A DNA stretch of 64,000 nt from Cyanophora paradoxa CCMP329 (Eukaryota; Plantae; Glaucophyta), in contig QPMI01000221.1 of the NCBI GenBank assembly GCA_004431415.1, positions 1 through 64,000 on the forward strand, written 5' to 3'. A program made the position numbers and the translations under genes. Numbering within the stretch: position 1 is the stretch's first letter; every line of letters begins with the position of its first letter. Shown piece after piece: positions 59,390 through 64,000 of this stretch. Below the pieces are notes generated by a model, which did not search any database, had not been told where the DNA came from, and saw nothing but the letters and a program-made list of their open reading frames with translations.

Positions 59390-62300
59390 CAGGCGAAGCC
59401 TCTTTCAGGCAAAGCCTCTTTCTCAAACCCAAAAACCGACGATCTAAATTCCTTTTTTAACCTTTTTTTCCACTCAAGATCCCCCCTGCTTAATAATTTC
59501 CGTGTCGCACTCCCTCGAGGCAGAATTAATAATTCTGCCTCGACACGGACGCGATTGCTGCTAGTCACTCAGCCACACGAACCCCCACAGACCTCTCTAG
59601 ATCCATTTTTAGCGTCGTAGCTGCCCTAAGACGACCGCTCCCCCGTAGGCATCCCGCGAAAATCGAATTTCCCTCTGGATCAATTCCGGTACTTAACCTC
59701 CGACAAATGCAGTCCGAGTCCGAAGGTGGGACCCGGTCCCGCCCGGTCCCGCGACGAAATCGCGCCAGGGACGCCCCAGAACGATACAGAATGACGCGCG
59801 AGGGCGAGCGCATCGCACTCCCTCGAGGCAGAATTAATAATTCTGCCTCGACACGGACGCGATTGCTGCTAGTCACTCAGCCACACGAACCCCCACAGAC
59901 CTCTCTAGATCCATTTTTAGCGTCGTAGCTGCCCTAAGACGACCGCTCCCCCGTAGGCATCCCGCGAAAATCGAATTTCCCTCTGGATCAATTCCGGTAC
60001 TTAACCTCCGACAAATGCAGTCCGAGTCCGAAGGTGGGACCCGGTCCCGCCCGGTCCCGCGACGAAATCGCGCCAGGGACGCCCCAGAACGATACAGAAT
60101 GACGCGCGAGGGCGAGCGCATCGCCGCAAGCTCGATTTCGGGCGCCGTCGACGCTCCAGTGCGAAGAGTCGGCCGAAAATTTGATCCGGCCGGATCCCCC
60201 CTGCTTAATAATTTCCGTGTCGCACTCCCTCGAGGCAGAATTAATAATTCTGCCTCGACACGGACGCGATTGCTGCTAGTCACTCAGCCACACGAACCCC
60301 CACAGACCTCTCTAGATCCATTTTTAGCGTCGTAGCTGCCCTAAGACGACCGCTCCCCCGTAGGCATCCCGCGAAAATCGAATTTCCCTCTGGATCAATT
60401 CCGGTACTTAACCTCCGACAAATGCAGTCCGAGTCCGAAGGTGGGACCCGGTCCCGCCCGGTCCCGCGACGAAATCGCGCCAGGGACGCCCCAGAACGAT
60501 ACAGAATGACGCGCGAGGGCGAGCGCATCGCCGCAAGCTCGATTTCGGGCGCCGTCGACGCTCCAGTGCGAAGAGTCGGCCGAAAATTTGATCCGGCCGG
60601 TTCCGGCCGGTCCCGCGACGCGCGCAATCCATGCGTACTGGCGCGCATAGACATAGCAGCGCCTGCGCACCCCCGAAATCCGCTTTTCGGAGCCGGAAGA
60701 GCGCAGGAAGGTACCCGACGGCAAAAATTCGATCCTAGACAGGCCCGGAGATCTTTCCGCGCGCCCACGCCGCGGCGCATGCGCGGAACGATAGCATAAG
60801 CATTTGAGATGTAGACAAAGCATTCCGCACGCTTTACAGATGCGCCGGACCGCGGGGACCCAGCCGACCCCGAAAATTCGATCCTTCACGGACCTGCACA
60901 TCTTTCCGCGCGCCCTCGCATCCTCACGCGAGCGCATCGCTACAGTATTCAGTTGAGATCTTTTTAAAGCTTTTCGCAAGCTCTGCGGGCGCGACAGGGC
61001 ACGAGAACCCAGCCGACGCAAAAATTCGATCCTGAACGGGCCTGCACATCTTTCCGCGCGCCCACGCCGCGGCGCATGCTCAGAGCTTTCCGCGCGCCCT
61101 CGCATCGTCACGCGAGCGCATCGCTACAATATGCATTTGAGATCGTTTTAAAGCTTTCCGCGAGCTCTGCGGGCGCGACAGCGCACGACAACCCAGCCGA
61201 CGCCAAAAATTCGATCCTGGCCACGCCTGCACATCTTTCCGCGCGCCCTCGCCTCCGCAGCCCCGCACATCGATGCTATATGCATTCGCTGGCCAGTCGC
61301 TGAGTGCCCTATAGGCCTACTGTGACAGCCGCGAGGGCGTCCGCGAGGCTTCGCCGTACTTAGTGCTCCGCAGGAGCACGGATCTTGTCTCAAACCCAAA
61401 AACCGCCGACCGAAATTCCTTTTTTAACCTTTTTTTCTACTCGAGATCCCCCCTGCTAAATAATTTCCGTGTCACACTCCCTCGAAGCAGAATTGTTAAT
61501 TCTGCCTCGACACGGACGCGATTGATGGACATTACACAGCTGCCCGAACCGCCACAGACCCCTCTAGATCCATTTTTAGCGTCCTAGCTCCCCTAAGACG
61601 ACCGCTCGCCCGTGGGCGTCGCACGACATCGAATTTCCCTCTGGATCAATTCCGGTACTTAACCTCCGACAAATGCAGTCCGAGTCAGAAGGTGGGACCC
61701 GGTCCCGCCCGGTCCCGCGACGAAATCGCGCCAGGGACGCCCCAGAACGATACAGAATGACGCGCGAGGGCGAGCGCATCGCCGCAAACTCGGTTTCGGG
61801 CGCCCTCGACGCTCCAGTGCAAACAGTCGGCCGAAATTTTGATCCGGCCGGTTCCGGCCGGTCCCGCGACGCGCGCAATCGATGCGCACTAGCGCGCATA
61901 GGCATAGCAGGGCCTGCGCACCCCCGAAATCCGGTTTTCGGAGCCGGAACAGCGCAGGAAGGTACCCGACGGCAAAAATTCGATCCCACACGGGCCCGGA
62001 CATCTTTCCGCGCGCCCACGCCGCGGCGCACGCGCGGAACGATAGCATAAGCATTTGAGATGTAGAAGAAGACTTCCGCACGGTCTCTAAATGCACCAGG
62101 CCGCGAGGACCCAGCCGACCCCGAAAATTCGATCCTGGACGGACCTGAACATCTTTCCGCGCACCCTCGCATTCTTGCGCATGCATCGCTACAATATTCA
62201 TTTGAGATTTTATCAAAGCCTTCCACAAGCTTCGAAGACGCGAAAGAGCACGAGAACCCAGCGGACGGCAAAAAGTCGATCCTGCACGGACCCGGACATC

Positions 62301-64000
62301 TTTCCGCGCGCCCACGCCGCGGCGCATGCGCGGAACAATAGCATAAGCATTTGAGATGTAGACAAAGCATTCCGCACGGTTTACGGATGCGCCGGGCCGC
62401 GAGGACCCAGCCGACCCCGAAAATTCGATCCTTCACGGACCTGCACGTCTTTCCGCGCGCCCTCGCATCCTCACGCAAGCACATCGCTACTATATTCATT
62501 TGGGATTTTATCAAAGCCTTCCACAAGCTTCGAAGACGCGAAAGAGCACGAGAACCCAGCCGGCGGCAAAAATTCGATCCTGCACGGGCCCGGACATCTT
62601 TCCGCGCGCCCACGCCGCGGTGCATGCGCGGAACAATAGCATAAGCATTTGAGATGTAGAAGAAGCCTTCCGCACGCTTTACGGATGCGCCGGGCCGCGG
62701 GGACCCAGCCGACCCCGAAAATTCGATCCTGGACAGACCTGCACATCTTTCCGCGCGCCCTCGCATCCTCACGCACGGGCATCGCTACAATATTCATCAG
62801 AGATGTTTTAAAAGCCTTTCGCAAGCTCTGCGGACGCAACAGGGCGCGGCAATCCAGCCGACGCAAAAATTCGATCCTGGCCACGCCTGCACATCTTTCC
62901 GCGCGCCCTCGCCTCCGCAGCCCTACACATCGATGCTATATGCATTCGAATTCGAGATTCTGTTTAAGCGATTCGCGAGATCTGTGCATGCGCCTGGCCG
63001 CGAGAACCTCGCCCCTCCCGGGCCTCCTTCCCAACAATATTATATAATTAATCTCCTCTCAATCTGCTCCACCCTTTATTTCCTCAGTACATTAATATTC
63101 CTCTAGCCGGCCAGCGCTAGCTGGACTGGCCGTCAGCCAGCCAGCTTCCAGCCAGAAAGCTGTTCGCGATCGGCCAGGCCGCTGGCCAGCCTGGCAGTCG
63201 GTGAATGCCCTGTAGGCCTACTGTGACAGCCGCGAGGGCGTCCGCGAGGCTTCGCCGTACTTAGTGCTCCGCAGGAGCACGGATCTTGTCTCAAACCCAA
63301 AAACCGACGATCTAAATTCCTTTTTTAACCTTTTTTTCCACTCGAGATCCCCCCTGCTAAATAATTTCCGTGTCGCACTCCCTCGAGGCAGAATTATTAA
63401 TTTTGCCTCGACACAGACGCGATTGCTGCTAGTCACACAGCCACCCGAACCCCCACAGACCTCTCTAGAGCCAATTTTAGCGTCCTGGCTCCCCTAAGAC
63501 GACCGCTCTCCCGTGGGCGTCGCGCGAATATCGAATATTCCTCTGGATCAATTCCGGTTCTTAACCTCCGACAAATCCAGTCCGAGTCAGAAGGTGGGAC
63601 CCGGTCCCGCCCGGTCCCGCGACAAAATCGCGCCAGGAACGCCCCAGAACGATACAGAATGACGCGCGAGGGCGAGCGCATCGCCGCAAACCCGATTTCG
63701 CGCGCCGTCGACGCTCCAGTGCGAAGAGTCGGCCGAAAATTTGATCCGGCCGGTTCCGGCCGGTCCCGCGACGCGCGCAATCGATGCGTACGGGCGCGCA
63801 TAGACATAGCAGCGCCTGCGCACCCCCGAAATCCGCTTTTCGGAGCCGGAAGAGCGCAGGAAGGTACCCGACGGCAAAAATTCGATCCTAGACAGGCCCG
63901 GAGATCTTTCCGCGCGCCCGCGCCGCGGCGCATGCGCGGAACGATAGCATAAGCATTTGAGATGTAGAAGAAGCCTTCCGCACGGTCTCTAAATGCGCCG
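59390..64000 (+). mobile_element. Helentron-like (HINE) array, at least 3 bodies with internal partial duplications; continues past window end
   Basis: TTTT|CAGGCGAAGCCTCTTT CAGGCAAAGCCTCTTT CTCAAA start; subTIR+hairpin+CTTGT ends at 61388 and 63289, each joined to CTCAAACCC. Confidence 0.88.

Overview
GC-rich eukaryotic nuclear DNA with many short (about 55-90 nt) GT-AG and GC-AG introns. It resembles an alga or protist; a glaucophyte such as Cyanophora is a guess from style only. Frequent single-base frameshifts in G/C runs suggest uncorrected long-read errors, so gene models were stitched by eye. Left part: poorly defined hypothetical genes, an ankyrin gene, an intronless GIY-YIG nuclease, an intronless beta-propeller-like ORF and two foldback-like repeat elements. 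Centre: (i) an intron-containing gene of roughly 1,400 aa that fuses a Ulp1/C48 cysteine protease to a tyrosine recombinase and a zinc finger (Crypton-like candidate); (ii) a 5'-incomplete TCF25/Rqc1 gene; (iii) a multi-exon gene joining zf-4CXXC_R1, an AlkB-type 2OG-Fe(II) dioxygenase and an SRA domain. 35-49 kb is a transposon nest: Helentron/DINE-1-like elements that appear to insert into their own 5' end, TA-TSD MITEs, a hAT derivative with an 8-bp TSD, and a young gag-only LTR element carrying tandem tRNA-like/PBS units, inverted anti-PBS copies and four PPT copies. 49-59 kb is a compact block of five genes (membrane protein, HAD-IIB hydrolase, M41-like pseudopeptidase, hypothetical protein, phosphopantetheine adenylyltransferase), followed by another Helentron-like array running off the window. 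All domain calls come from motif recognition; no database search was run.
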